DNA of 64,000 nucleotides from Oculina patagonica (Eukaryota): NCBI RefSeq assembly GCF_052425735.1, contig NC_135760.1, positions 26,102,001 to 26,166,000 of the forward strand, read 5' to 3'. Shown piece by piece: positions 53,001 to 64,000 of this stretch (position 1 is its first letter; each line of letters starts with the position of its first letter). The notes under the pieces were generated by a model. It saw only the letters and a program-made list of their open reading frames with translations, ran no database searches and was not told where the DNA came from. The position numbers and the translations under genes were made by a program.

Positions 53001-56000
53001 GAGAAGCTATCACAGAAGATTGCAAAATCCTTCCTGTTGCTGCCAGGAGTGCTGTGCAAAGACAGACACAGTATGATGCTGATGATCCAAGACCAGCTCC
53101 GATTGGAATTGATGCGTCAACTTCCACTGAGAATGAAGGAAGTCTGAAAACAAAGTACATGTAGAAGTTTAAAAATTAATATGCCTGTAGGTTGTACATA
53201 GCCCACAATAGTTTGTGCTGTGTGATCGTCCAGATGAGAGTAGTTCTGAAAAGAACTGTTGTTGGTGACTGACGTTTCGACAACCTGAGCGGAAGTCATC
53301 TTCAGAGTTAAGTGAAAAGTTGTTGTCTGTCGATGATGTTATAAGTCTGGTCCGTGAAGTTGATTGGTCAGTTTAGCCGTGATGTTATTGGCTGTAGGAC
53401 TTATGTAAAGTTTGTCAACAGTAACTTTACTTACTAGGTTGTTGAAACGTCAGTCACCAACAACAGTTCTTTTCAGAGCTACTCTCACCCGGATGATCAC
53501 ACTACACAAACTACTGATACTCCTGGGTTCAAACCATTTACTGTATAACCCACAATATCTAAAAGATTATTATTTTTGATCATCTATAATTTGATGTAAT
53601 ACTATTTATTTTTCAAGCTCACCTCTCAAATTCCACCATGATCCTACCCACTAGGAAAACAAACACACTTATTGCATCCTTGATGAGCCTCTTATCCACT
53701 GCTGTGACCTCACAATGGTCAACAAACTTGTTGAACAACTCTCTTCCTTTCAGTGTGCAACATGATGCATCTGAACCTTGGATGGACAGAAAATTATTGT
53801 GGTTTTCAGTGAAATGCGAACTCAGAAATTTAAAATCCAACTAACGATTGCGTTTTTCGCGACGGTCAATCATAATTATGGCGACTGCAAACGAACCATG
53901 AAAAACAGAAACAAACAAAATGGATCGAAATCTACCAATCACAACTGACAGATGTGACCTTTTGACCCAGTAGAAGTGAACTTCTGTTTCCTGAGAGGTC
54001 CACTCAGATGATTTACGGCAGCAAAAAGCATAAACCGTTGGTCAAGGATTGAATTTCAGAGTTCACATTTCACTGACAGCTGTCCAACTGCATTATCTTA
54101 ATTTTTTCCTGTCTCCCCTCTCGCATCTCCTACAAACCCTGAGACATTTTGCTTATAGACAAGTTTAGCTCTGCCTAGCTAGATGTTTGACACCTATGAA
54201 TTATGTCTTGAAGCCCTTCAGCATTTGAACACTGGGTCAATACTAATTAAATCCATCTTCTATTCAAAGTGAGAACTACCGTACTCTATGATGGGGTATA
54301 TGACTGCTTGAAATCAAAAATAGGGAGGTGGATAAGTAAAAGGACCAAATGGCTGGCTTTTAGGGTAATCATAAAAAAAGGAAAGTCTTTCCGGCTGGCC
54401 CTCGCCGGGTTCCCGTTTCTGGGGGTCCCTTGTGGCGCCCCTGGGTCCAAAAACACCCCCCCCCCCCCCCCCCCCCCCCCCCTTTAGGGTAATCATACAA
54501 TGTATTAATGATGTGGGGTGCACTAGTTTAAATTGTTATATTTTGAAATCTGATTTACAGTAAGCATCCATTTTCCATCTCACTGACCCAGTTTGCTCAA
54601 ACCTATCAAAATGCAGTAAGCAACAATGAAATAGTGTTTTACAATCATCTCTGTTAAAATAATGGCAGCTTTAAGTGTTGAATTGAGACTGCCCAAACAA
54701 ATGTGCCTTAAGTAAGATTTCATGTGAACAGTGTAATTTCCCTTAGTTTCCTTTGGTGAAATCTTCCATAATTTTTAAGGTACACAGATACTACTTGAAT
54801 GAGAATTTTAAACAGGAAATAGAATGGGTTGTAAAGGTAGCTTCTTTGATGAGTGTAAATCATTTTGTGTCTTTGTATCTCTCTCTAAAAAAAAGTCTTA
54901 ATGTTATACTGTAGGTTTTCCGGAAAAAACAGTTGCCACATAAAGCAAAATCAATCTATGGTTGATCATTATTGCCTTAGCATGTATAAGCCAAGCGCAT
55001 GCAGATTTTCGAAAGCTTACATCAGCAGTGCTCACAGTTTTAAACTATATGGAGCCACCTTAAAGGGGTTTTGTTTCAGATTTAAGCTGATTTTTGAACT
55101 GTCAGCCAGAATTTCTATTTATGTCGCAGGAAACCTAAAAATAATTGTACATGTAGTTCATTTGAATTAAAAATTGCTATATTAGAGCACTGAAACTGTA
55201 AACAAGCGTCTTTGGCTGCGGATGGCTCGGATGAAACTGGATTGCAACTTAAAAAAATTAAGGCCTATTAATATTAGTTATATAAGTTATATAATATAAG
55301 TTGTTTCCACGCATCTTCACAAAAACGATATTTATAGCCATAGCTTGATTTCTATCTGCAAATTAAGGTTATATCATCCTTTAGATATTGAAAGATGTTT
55401 TTCATAGTGGTTGCCTACCACTAATTTCAGAACAGTTTAGACCAAAAATCTGGGAAATCACTGTGACGTAGCTCCTTTAAAGGAGTTAACAATGGTTCAT
55501 CTGTCTTGGAACAGGATCTAAACAGTGAAACAGGACCTACATGTATAACTAGGTCAAGCAGCCTAATAATTACAATTTCACCTGACCCCTCTCCCCCCTC
55601 CTCCAGGCTGCATTCTAAGTAGGTTACGCTGAAGATCTTTGGCGTGCATTTTAAAATTGTGCAGCGTACTGGCGTAAGACTGTAGTTGGCACCTTTGAAC
55701 TGTCGTACAGATGATTTATTAAAGGTAAGAATAATAGAGGACCTTAGCGTAGACCTGTAAAAAAATTTGGTGTATCTTTGGTGTGGCATGTACATGGAAT
55801 GCACCCTGGCCCGGCATATACTAAAACCCGAAACCGCCAAAACGAAACCACCGAAACGAAACCGCTGAAACGAGCGCAACGAAACCGCCAAAACGAAACG
55901 AAATCACCGAAACAAGCAAAACTTCAAGATTTCCGCCACTTACCGTACTATACACCCCGTTTAGCCTACTATACACTCCGATTAGCCTACTATAAACCCC

Positions 56001-56934
56001 GGTTAGCCTACTATACACTCCTGTTAGCCTACTACACACTCCGGTTAGCCTACGTTTCACTTAGGTTAGCCTACTATGCACTCCAGTTAGCCTGTTTACG
56101 GTTAGCTCTCAATAATTGTAATGGGTTTTGCTTGTTTCCATGATTTCGTCTCGTTTTGCTCGTTTCGGCCGTTTCGGTCTTTTCGGCGGTTTGTTTCGGT
56201 GGTTTTGGTGGTTTCGCTTGTCTCGGTGGTTTCGTTTGGGTGGTTTCGTTTCGTTGTTTCGGGTTTTAGTACATGAACCCCTGGCCCGTCCTCCCTTCCC
56301 TACACAGTCAGAACATACAGAGCCTTTGGCCACTAAGCTCTCTGGGTTGACTGTCCAGGCTACAGTATACAAATGTACATGTATGCTATTTTTAGAGGCA
56401 GCCATTGACATATCGTGGCTCACAGTGGTTACCTAAACAATCCCAGAAATCTTTGTAAATTGCTCAGATTTCCTGACACTGGATGTGTAAGCTTTTATTG
56501 CAAAGGTTTTCCTTAGGTTGGTAAGCCCCCAAAAAATAGCTTACCAACGAGCTTTTTGGCATCACTTTGCAGCTCCTCCGCATTCCATTTACAAGTTGTT
56601 TTTATGTTCAGCAGATTCAATGTAACCTGCTCATCACTGTTTAATTCCAGCTTCAGTTTGGTCCTTAAACCAATGGCGGATGCAACAGCTTTCTGTTAAA
56701 GGGAAATATTGAAGTTAAGCCTAACACAAGACTTAATAACAGTCGTTTACTCGGGCCTAGCCATGGATAAGCACGGTCAACGAAACCCTGCTGCCGCGCC
56801 GGCTCTAACCACTCTACCGCAAGAAATCTTAATTAAGACTTTTGAAAATTGCCTACCTTTCCATAAACGACTGCATGTTCTCCGTGAAGAATTATCTTTC
56901 CCGGTGCAGTGACAGTAACAGAACGAAAATTCAT
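48687..56934 (-). CDS. MVK: Mevalonate kinase (GHMP kinase family), ~408 aa, 10 exons
   Basis: complement(join(48687..48796,49286..49439,49856..49908,50135..50225,51274..51364,52401..52446,52842..53143,53623..53776,56545..56692,56857..56934)); 1227 nt in frame. Motifs [52 protein letters not shown]. Confidence 0.95.
51884..52220. mobile_element. tRNA-derived repeat with an internal inverted copy of its tRNA-like head; second partial copy at ~52585-52760
   Basis: gtagctcagttggttagagc...gggtttgattccc...gactcagatttt at ~52057-52135, mirrored by aaaatctgagtccc...gggaatcgaaccc at ~51925-51970. Confidence 0.65.
53211..53545. mobile_element. Penelope-like retroelement remnant with inverted terminal duplication, in MVK intron 3
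   Basis: Inverted pair aaaagaactgttgttggtgactgacgtttc / gaaacgtcagtcaccaacaacagttctttt; flanking near-duplication ta(g/a)cccacaata; carries a hammerhead core. Confidence 0.7.
53266..53310 (-). ncRNA. Minimal type I hammerhead ribozyme motif (Penelope-associated)
   Basis: Minus strand reads ACU-CUGAAGA-U-GAC(loop)GUC-GAAA-CG-UC/AGU: conserved core, palindromic stem III (ACGU), GUC cleavage triplet. Confidence 0.6.
55813..56278. mobile_element. MITE with CGAAA-rich subterminal repeats and an internal 21-bp tandem repeat, in MVK intron 2
   Basis: TIR tactaaaacccgaaac / gtttcgggttttagta; flanking duplication ccctggccc; ttagcctactatacactcc.. repeated about 7 times at 55960-56105. Confidence 0.8.
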
Positions 56935-57394
56935 CCGCTTCGCAACGAAACGAAAACGATCAAACTGATGAAATTCCAGAGGCACTGAACGCCGCCATTT
57001 TGTAATACCGCTGACCAATAAAGGCGGCGCACATTATGTACAGGTAGATGCACAGGACACCCAGTCAAGTAAAGTGACAGTAAACGAAACAGGCTCCCGG
57101 GTATGGGGCGAAAAAAAAAAAATTGGCGAGCAAAGCGAGAGGAAAAATGACGAGCTTCGCTCGCCATTGCTCGCCGCTTTTTTTCGTCCCATACACAACT
57201 GGGGAGCCTGCAGCTCATAGACTAATTAGAAAAACAGTTTGGATGCAGGGGACCACGCAACGAAGAAAAAACTGCTTGGCTTCTCTGCTGCCGGATCTCT
57301 TGTTCAAGAAATACTCGTACCAGACGTCACTCTAAGTGCTTATAAAACCAAATTGATTGCAAGGCTGGTACAACGGCAGGAGGGCAAGATTTAT

Positions 57395-57437
57395 TGGCCA
57401 ATATTTCAACTAGCAGAGCTAGTCTTCTTCAGGGCCA
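57395..57437 (-). ncRNA. Minimal type I hammerhead ribozyme motif (identical inverted copy)
   Basis: Exact reverse complement of 57660-57702. Confidence 0.6.
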
Positions 57438-57458
57438 GTACTATAATATTATACTATA

Positions 57459-57613
57459 NNNNNNNNNNNNNNNNNNNNNNNNNNNNNNNNNNNNNNNNNN
57501 NNNNNNNNNNNNNNNNNNNNNNNNNNNNNNNNNNNNNNNNNNNNNNNNNNNNNNNNNNNNNNNNNNNNNNNNNNNNNNNNNNNNNNNNNNNNNNNNNNNN
57601 NNNNNNNNNNNNN
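57459..57613. other. Assembly gap (N run)
   Basis: 155 N bases. Confidence 1.
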
Positions 57614-57659
57614 TACTATAATATTATACTATAGTACTATATTCCTTATATTATAGTAC

Positions 57660-57702
57660 TGGCCCTGAAGAAGACTAGCTCTGCTAGTTGAAATATTGGC
57701 CA
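57660..57702 (+). ncRNA. Minimal type I hammerhead ribozyme motif
   Basis: UGGCC-CUGAAGA-A-GACUAGC(UCU)GCUAGUU-GAAA-UA-UU/GGCCA: stem I UGGCC/GGCCA, 7-bp stem II, palindromic stem III. Confidence 0.65.
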
Positions 57703-58148
57703 ATAAATCTTGCCCTCCTGCCGTTGTACCAGCCTTGCAATCAATTTGGTTTTCTAATTAGAACTGAGAATCGTGAGAACAAGTTTGCGCTCAGTTGTTA
57801 GTGTTTGTTATTTTTGTTATTGTTGTTGCATGTTTATTACACAGATTTGTTCGCTCATCACATTCTGACTAGTTCAGTTTGAATGCAAAAAAATTTTTGT
57901 CACTGTCTTTTGGTCTTATAAAAGGAAGCAAAGAAGAGCGGGGACGCATTTTGATAATAGACAGCATAATTTAGGGAGTAGGGTGGGGGTCTGGGAACTG
58001 AAACTTTTACTGTAACTGAAATTTTATTTACCCTCGGTATTATGAAGCGTGTTAGGCCTCTAGCAAGTAGTGGGACCCGGGGACGGGCCGAAGGGGCCTT
58101 AGGTCCTTTCGTGGGATGTGGTATGCTTGTTGGTCAGGGGGCCATTAG

Positions 58149-58794
58149 TAGTCCCAGACAGATTGTGCTCGGCAACTTTTGAGCAACTTTTGGCGTTTGG
58201 AGCAACTTTTTCCAATTTTAGCAACCTTGAGCAACTTTTGAGCAACTTTGTATTGATATGCCTAATAAGAATCACAAAAATTGACATGTGGTTGAAATTT
58301 TGAAAAGGAAACATTTATTTCTGTAAAAACATTAATACTTTGCATACTAGCAGGGAATGGGTGTTGAGGAGGTGTTGAGAGGACATCATAAGCCCACCTC
58401 GTCCCCAGTTATTTTTGGTTCATTACCACTGCCTGGTCACCCAGGCTTTCTTGGCCTGGTTGCCCAGCGTCGACATTGACATTGCTCAATAAGATGCAAG
58501 AGCATTTAATATATTAAGTTTTGTTCTGCAACTGTGCAAACCTTTTATAATATACATGTGCCCAAGATATACACTTCAGATTAATATATTGAACTTTCTT
58601 AAGTTCCAATTATCCAAAAGGAACAATGATTGATGATATTTAATAATATTTGTATGAAATATTGATATATTAAAGTAGCAACTTTTGCGGTTTAAGTAGC
58701 AACTTTTTGGGTTTTTGGGCAACATTTTAGCAACTTTTTGGCTTTAAAAAGAGCAACTTTTCATGATTTTGCGAGCACAATCTGTCTAGGACTA
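58149..58794. mobile_element. hAT-like non-autonomous element with GCAACTTT subterminal repeats
   Basis: TIR tagtcccagacagattgtgctcg / cgagcacaatctgtctaggacta; 8-bp TSD GCCATTAG at 58141-58148 and 58795-58802. Confidence 0.88.
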
Positions 58795-60294
58795 GCCATT
58801 AGTGGCCAAATGGTTAGTGCGATGTAGTTCTAATCACAAAACAAACAACTGGCAGCAAGGTTGATCCGGGTTCACGCCCTGGTCGGGGCCGATGTATGTT
58901 AGTATTTTTGGGCAAGACACTTTACTCACCACCCAGGTGTATGAATGGTACTGGCGAATTGAAGTTTCTAATTGAATGCTGGGGAAAACCCTGCAATGGA
59001 CGGCCATCCCATCCAAAGGGGAAGCAGAGATACTCCTAGTCGCTTCATACTACGGCAACCGAATATCAGTAATGGGTCATTAGGCTCGAACTTAACCTAA
59101 TCGAAGCCTTAACTTTGTCGTCAAAAACGCTCCAAGAATGTAGGAAGAAGCCTCTTGGAGAAACTTGCATTTGATTTACATCTTTTCCCAGGACCATACC
59201 CCCACTCCCCTGGTCTCCCCTATATCGTTTGTCGCGTTTGAGCAGAAAGTACGGTGGCCCACAACTGTCAAGGAAAATCATTTTGAACACGGCAATTTCA
59301 ATTTCTCCACGACGATATCAATTTCTCCACGGCAAAATCCATTTCACTCACGGCAAAATCAATTTTACTCACGTAGGGCAATGTCGATTTCTTGTTGTCC
59401 ACAGTGCGGTGTGCGTGTTGTGGGAGTCAATTCAACGTGGCGGATATATTAAAAGTGACAGGGGAAACACGGCTCCCGCTGGACGCTAAATGTTAGCCTT
59501 CAGTCTGTATAACGGAGGATTCTGCGCTCTCTAGAGACGTTCCAGCAACAATCTTTATGCCATTGTGTTTGCTAGCTCTCTGGCATAACCCGTTAGGTTT
59601 ATCGGCTCATGTTTCTGAAAGATTGTCAATAGCCTTCAAAAAAATGTTGTAGTCTATAATGTTTATCAGATCAGTGGACCCCGAACCGTCCTCTAGTTTG
59701 AAGTGGCGGTTAGCTCGCTGGATAACGTTTCGTTCCGACGGTTGCGAGGGTCTAAGATCCAAATATTTTGAAGGCTACAACAGTCTCTAAGCATTGAAAG
59801 CGATATTTTTTCTGAGTTGATTTTTATTATTCATATGGTTTTATACCTCTCTTAAGCCGCCAGCAAAATATATGGCAAGCAATTAAAGCAAGCGAAATGG
59901 TGAAATATCTTGAGCACAATTTTTTCACGTACTAACTGTTGATGCAAAAATTAAGGCCTAAGAAACTTGTCAACGATGTTTTGCATCTTTTTCTGTACAT
60001 ATTAACCCGAAAAGTACAAGGTACATTTCAACTACGTGCCCTCAGTGTTAGAGCAAAAACTATGCATTGGCTGGAAATGCACTTAATGTTTTGTTAATTT
60101 GACATAATGTTGGATTTATCTTCATATATGTTCACTTTTTAAAAGCATTTTGCAATACGGAGTCAATGAAATCCTATTTACTGTCATTCCTATCCAATTT
60201 ATATTGTAACTCTATTAAGCGACCACTTTTTAAAGTCCCGAGGGTGGCCGCTTAATAGAGGTCGGACTGTAATAGGATCATGACTATTACACCA

Positions 60295-60450
60295 CACGAG
60301 AACTACGAGTAACATACGGGTAGCATACGGGTAACACGGAATATACGGGTACCTACGAGTAACATACAAGTAACATACGGATAAATACGAGTAATATACG
60401 GGTACATACGGTTACATACAATTAGCATACGGATACACAGGGGTACAAAC
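60295..60450 (+). repeat. Degenerate short tandem repeat (tacgggtaaca-like units)
   Basis: Repeated tacgagtaacatacggg variants. Confidence 0.65.
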
Positions 60451-60459
60451 GAGATAAAA

Positions 60460-61675
60460 AACATAGATAAAGGCGCATCAACCTGAAATATATAAAAAAG
60501 AAAGATAGAAGCGAACCAACCTGAAAGATATAAAAAGAAAGATCGAAGCCAGCCAAACGGAATGATATAAAGTGAAAGATGCAAAAGCACCAAACTGAGA
60601 GATATAAAAAGAAAGACAGCAGCGCACCAACCTGAAAGATATAAAAAGATAGACAGCAGCGCACCAACCTGAAAGATATAAAAAGAAAGACAGCTGCGCA
60701 CCAACCTGAAAGATATAAAAAGAAAGACAGCAGCGCACCAACCTGAAAGATATAAAAAGATAGACAGCAGCGCACCGACCGAAAATATAAAAAGAAAGAC
60801 AGCAGCGAACCAACTGAAAGATATAAAAAGAAAGACAGCAGCGCACCAACCTGAAAGATATAAAAAGAAAGACACCAGCACACCAACCTGAAAGATATAA
60901 AAATATAGACAGCAGGACACCAAAATGAAAGATATAAAAAGATAGACAGTAGCGCACCAACCTGAAAGAAATAAAAAGAAAGACAGCAGCGCACCAACCT
61001 GAAAGATATAAAAAGAAAGACAGCAGCGCACCAACCTGCAAGATATAAAAAGAAAGATAGCAGCGCACCAACCTGAAAGATATAAAAAGAAAGACAGCAG
61101 CGCACCAACCTGAAAGATATAAAAAGAAAGACAGCAGCGCACCATCCTGAAAGACATAAAAAGAAAGACAGCAGCGCACCAACCTGAAAGATATAAAAAG
61201 ATAGACAGCAGCGCACCAACCTAAAAGATATATAAAGATAGACAGCAGCGCACAAACCTGAAAGATATAAAAGGATAGACAGCAGCGCACCAAGCTGAAA
61301 GATATAAAAAGAAAGACAGCAGCAAACCAACCTGAAAGATATAAAAAGATAGACAGCAGCGCACCAACCTAAAAGATATAAAAAGAAAAACAGCTGCGCA
61401 CCAACCTGAAAGATATAAAAAGAAAGACAGCAGCGCACCAACCTAAAAGATATAAAAAGAAAAACAGCTGCGCACCAACCTGAAAGATATAAAAAGAAAG
61501 ACAGCAGCGCTCCAACCTGAAAGATATAAAAAGATAGACAGCAGCGCACCGACCTGAAAAATATAAAAAGAAAGACAGCAGCGAACCAACCTGAAAGATA
61601 TAAAAAGAAAGACAGCAGCGCATCAACCTGAAAGATATAAAAAGATAGACAGCAGCGCACCAACCTGAAAGATAT
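60460..61675 (+). repeat. 37-bp minisatellite array 1
   Basis: Unit gacagcagcgcaccaacctgaaagatataaaaagaaa, roughly 32 copies. Confidence 0.95.
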
Positions 61676-61733
61676 TTAAGAAATAGAAAACATGTTCCGT
61701 GTTTCTATCGAGTTATAGAAACACGAGTGGAAG

Positions 61734-61764
<31 letters not shown>

Positions 61765-61812
61765 GAGTCGATAGACGAGTGTTTCCACAGCTTTTTCGAG
61801 TTCTCCCAAACT

Positions 61813-61845
<33 letters not shown>

Positions 61846-62705
61846 AGAAAACATGTTTTCTATTTCTTTTAGAAAACAGCACAAAGAAAATAACGCACAT
61901 CAAAGTAATATTTAGCGCTTTCTTTAACATCAAAACGTAGATTCTCTTCACCTCGCGGTTTTACGTCATGAACATAATCAACCAATCATAGTAAGGAAGT
62001 CAATGAACAGAAATAAATCAACTGTTCAACATTTGCTTCAAGGCTAAAATTTACCGTTTTTTGGCCAAACAAACAAGGAAAACAGGCCCCAAAGTTAATG
62101 TAATTATGAGAAATAACTAAGCCGATGGTTTAACTGAAGTCAAGCGCTGGAAGGAGTCAAGAATTTGACAAGAATTGTGGTTTTATTTCGCTTCATCGAC
62201 GTAACCGAATGGTTTGACGACTGACGCTGCCGATCGAGCGACTCGAACCTTGGAGGTGAAAGTGCATTATTTTGATGTCAAAAGAAGTTTGACTCGGCAT
62301 TTTGGACGAATATCTTGTCCTGTTAAGGAGCTCTGAATAGTTCTGAAGTGCTGCAAAGCCTAAAATGGAGTGAAGTTGCGCCAATTGAATTCATCTACTT
62401 CTTTGGAAGGTCAGCCGCTTCGATAATTTTTTTCACAGCCAATATTGAATGTGTAACGGGCTCTGTAAACATCTTACTCGCTTGTTTTCAAGTGTGCAAA
62501 TATTTGTTTAGTCTTAACCTGGTTTTTGTCAGCTGTGACATTAAAATTTGACACAATTCTTAGTTGTTATTTTTGCATGGCTTATTTCAGCGCCCTGAAT
62601 ATTGATTGCCGTGTCTACGACAACTGTCTGTGTCTCCATCGAGTTATAGAAACACAATTTTTAACCAATCAGCGCACGTATTTTCTTTGTGCTATTTTCT
62701 AAAAT
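61676..62705. mobile_element. Non-autonomous repeat element between the two minisatellite arrays
   Basis: Palindromic aagaaatagaaaacatg...catgttttctatttctt block (61678-61868) and inverted pair ttagaaaacagcacaaagaaaata / tattttctttgtgctattttctaa. Confidence 0.55.
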
Positions 62706-62710
62706 AATAT

Positions 62711-63845
62711 AGACAGAGGCGCACCAACCTGAAAGATATAAAAAGAAAGACAGCAGCACACCAACCTGAAAGATATAAAAAGATAGACAGTAGCACACCA
62801 ACCTGAAAGATATAAAAAGATAGACAGCAGCGCACCAACCTGAAAGATATAAAAAGAAAGACAGAAGCGCACCATCCTGAAAGACATAAAAAGAAAGAAA
62901 GCAGCGCACCAACCTGAAAGATATAAAAAGATAGACAACATCGCACCAACCTGAAAGATATATAAAGATAGACAGCAGCGCACCGACCTGAAAATATAAA
63001 AAGAAAGACAGCAGCGAACCAACCTGAAAGATATAAAAAGAAAGACAGCAGCGCACCAACCTGAAAGATATAAAAAGAAAGACACCAGCACACCAACCTG
63101 AAAGATATAAAAATATAGACAGCAGGACACCAAAATGAAAGATATAAAAAGATAGACAGTAGCGCACCAACCTGAAAGAAATAAAAAGAAAGACAGCAGC
63201 GCACCAACCTGAAAGATATAAAAAGAAAGACAGCAGCGCACCAACCTGCAAGATATAAAAAGAAAGATAGCAGCGCACCAACCTGAAAGATATAAAAAGA
63301 AAGACAGCAGCGCACCAACCTGAAAGATATAAAAAGAAAGACAGCAGCGCACCAACCTGAAAGATATAAAAAGATAGACAGCAGCGCACCAACCTAAAAG
63401 ATATATAAAGATAGACAGCAGCGCACAAACCTGAAAGATATAAAAGGATAGACAGCAGCGCACCAAGCTGAAAGATATAAAAAGAAAGACAGCAGCAAAC
63501 CAACCTGAAAGATATAAAAAGATAGACAGCAGCGCACCAACCTAAAAGATATAAAAAGAAAAACAGCTGCGCACCAACCTGAAAGATATAAAAAGAAAGA
63601 CAGCAGCGCACCAACCTAAAAGATATAAAAAGAAAAACAGCTGCGCACCAACCTGAAAGATATAAAAAGAAAGACAGCAGCGCTCCAACCTGAAAGATAT
63701 AAAAAGATAGACAGCAGCGCACCGACCTGAAAAATATAAAAAGAAAGACAGCAGCGAACCAACCTGAAAGAAAAAAAGAAAGACAGCAGCGCACAACCTG
63801 AAAGATATAAAAAGATAGACAGCAGCGCACCAACCTGAAAGATAT
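62711..63845 (+). repeat. 37-bp minisatellite array 2
   Basis: Same unit as array 1, roughly 30 copies, with the same order of variant units. Confidence 0.95.
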
Positions 63846-64000
63846 TAAGAAATAGAAAACATCCCCGAGAAAGAAAGGGAGAAAGAACTGGGAACCGAGC
63901 GAAGACAGCCAGCCAGTTCCCCAGAAATCGAGGTCAGCGCCGTGTGAATTTAGTTACCTGTGCTGTGAATTGACACAATCTAGTTGTTATTTTTGATGCT

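Larger units (their letters stand above)
57232..57753. mobile_element. Penelope-like element remnant with a perfect ~100-bp inverted repeat spanning an assembly gap
   Basis: 57344-57448 is the exact inverse of ~57650-57753; flanking direct repeat CTAATTAGAA at 57222-57231 and 57754-57763; each arm has a hammerhead core. Confidence 0.7.

Noticed and set aside
55427-56436. ORFs inside MVK intron 2
   Set aside because: They derive from a MITE and its internal tandem repeats.
43279-56934. FMO + MVK as a terpenoid biosynthetic gene cluster
   Set aside because: No terpene cyclase, prenyltransferase or P450 in the window; MVK looks like the ordinary housekeeping gene.
60303-63833. Long hydrophobic minus-strand ORFs (200-413 aa)
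   Set aside because: They are translations of the 37-bp minisatellite; the same peptide cycles through all three frames.
60460-63845. CRISPR-like array (37-bp repeats)
   Set aside because: The units are directly abutting with no unique spacers, there are no cas genes, and the context is eukaryotic.

Overview
Eukaryotic, intron-containing animal DNA. The repeat families and gene style suggest an anthozoan cnidarian such as a stony coral (inference). Gene order: 5' part of DEPDC5 (-), MRM3/RNMTL1 (+), SHPK (-), FMO paralog 1 (+), an accessory block, FMO paralog 2 (+, with a GC-AG intron), MVK (-, 10 exons), an assembly gap inside a Penelope-like inverted repeat, and two copies of a 37-bp minisatellite. 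The accessory block (~20.6-39.3 kb) is the most unusual part. It holds a ~708-aa all-helical coiled-coil gene (-) transcribed divergently from two tandemly duplicated ~350-400-aa genes (+) with a long helix / Gly-rich hydrophobic hairpin / long helix layout; one copy is frameshifted. Both gene types appear to start from one palindromic promoter whose two arms carry homologous non-coding first exons, with an exact 20-nt splice-donor match. The promoter module (STAT/GAS, NF-kB-like and ETS motifs, plus ISRE) recurs about 8 times. Best hypothesis: an immune-inducible, two-component alpha-pore-forming-toxin-like system (ClyA/Hbl/XaxAB-type architecture). This is unverified and needs structure or profile searches. 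Many MITEs, SINEs and minimal hammerhead ribozyme motifs are also present. All exon coordinates were read by eye.
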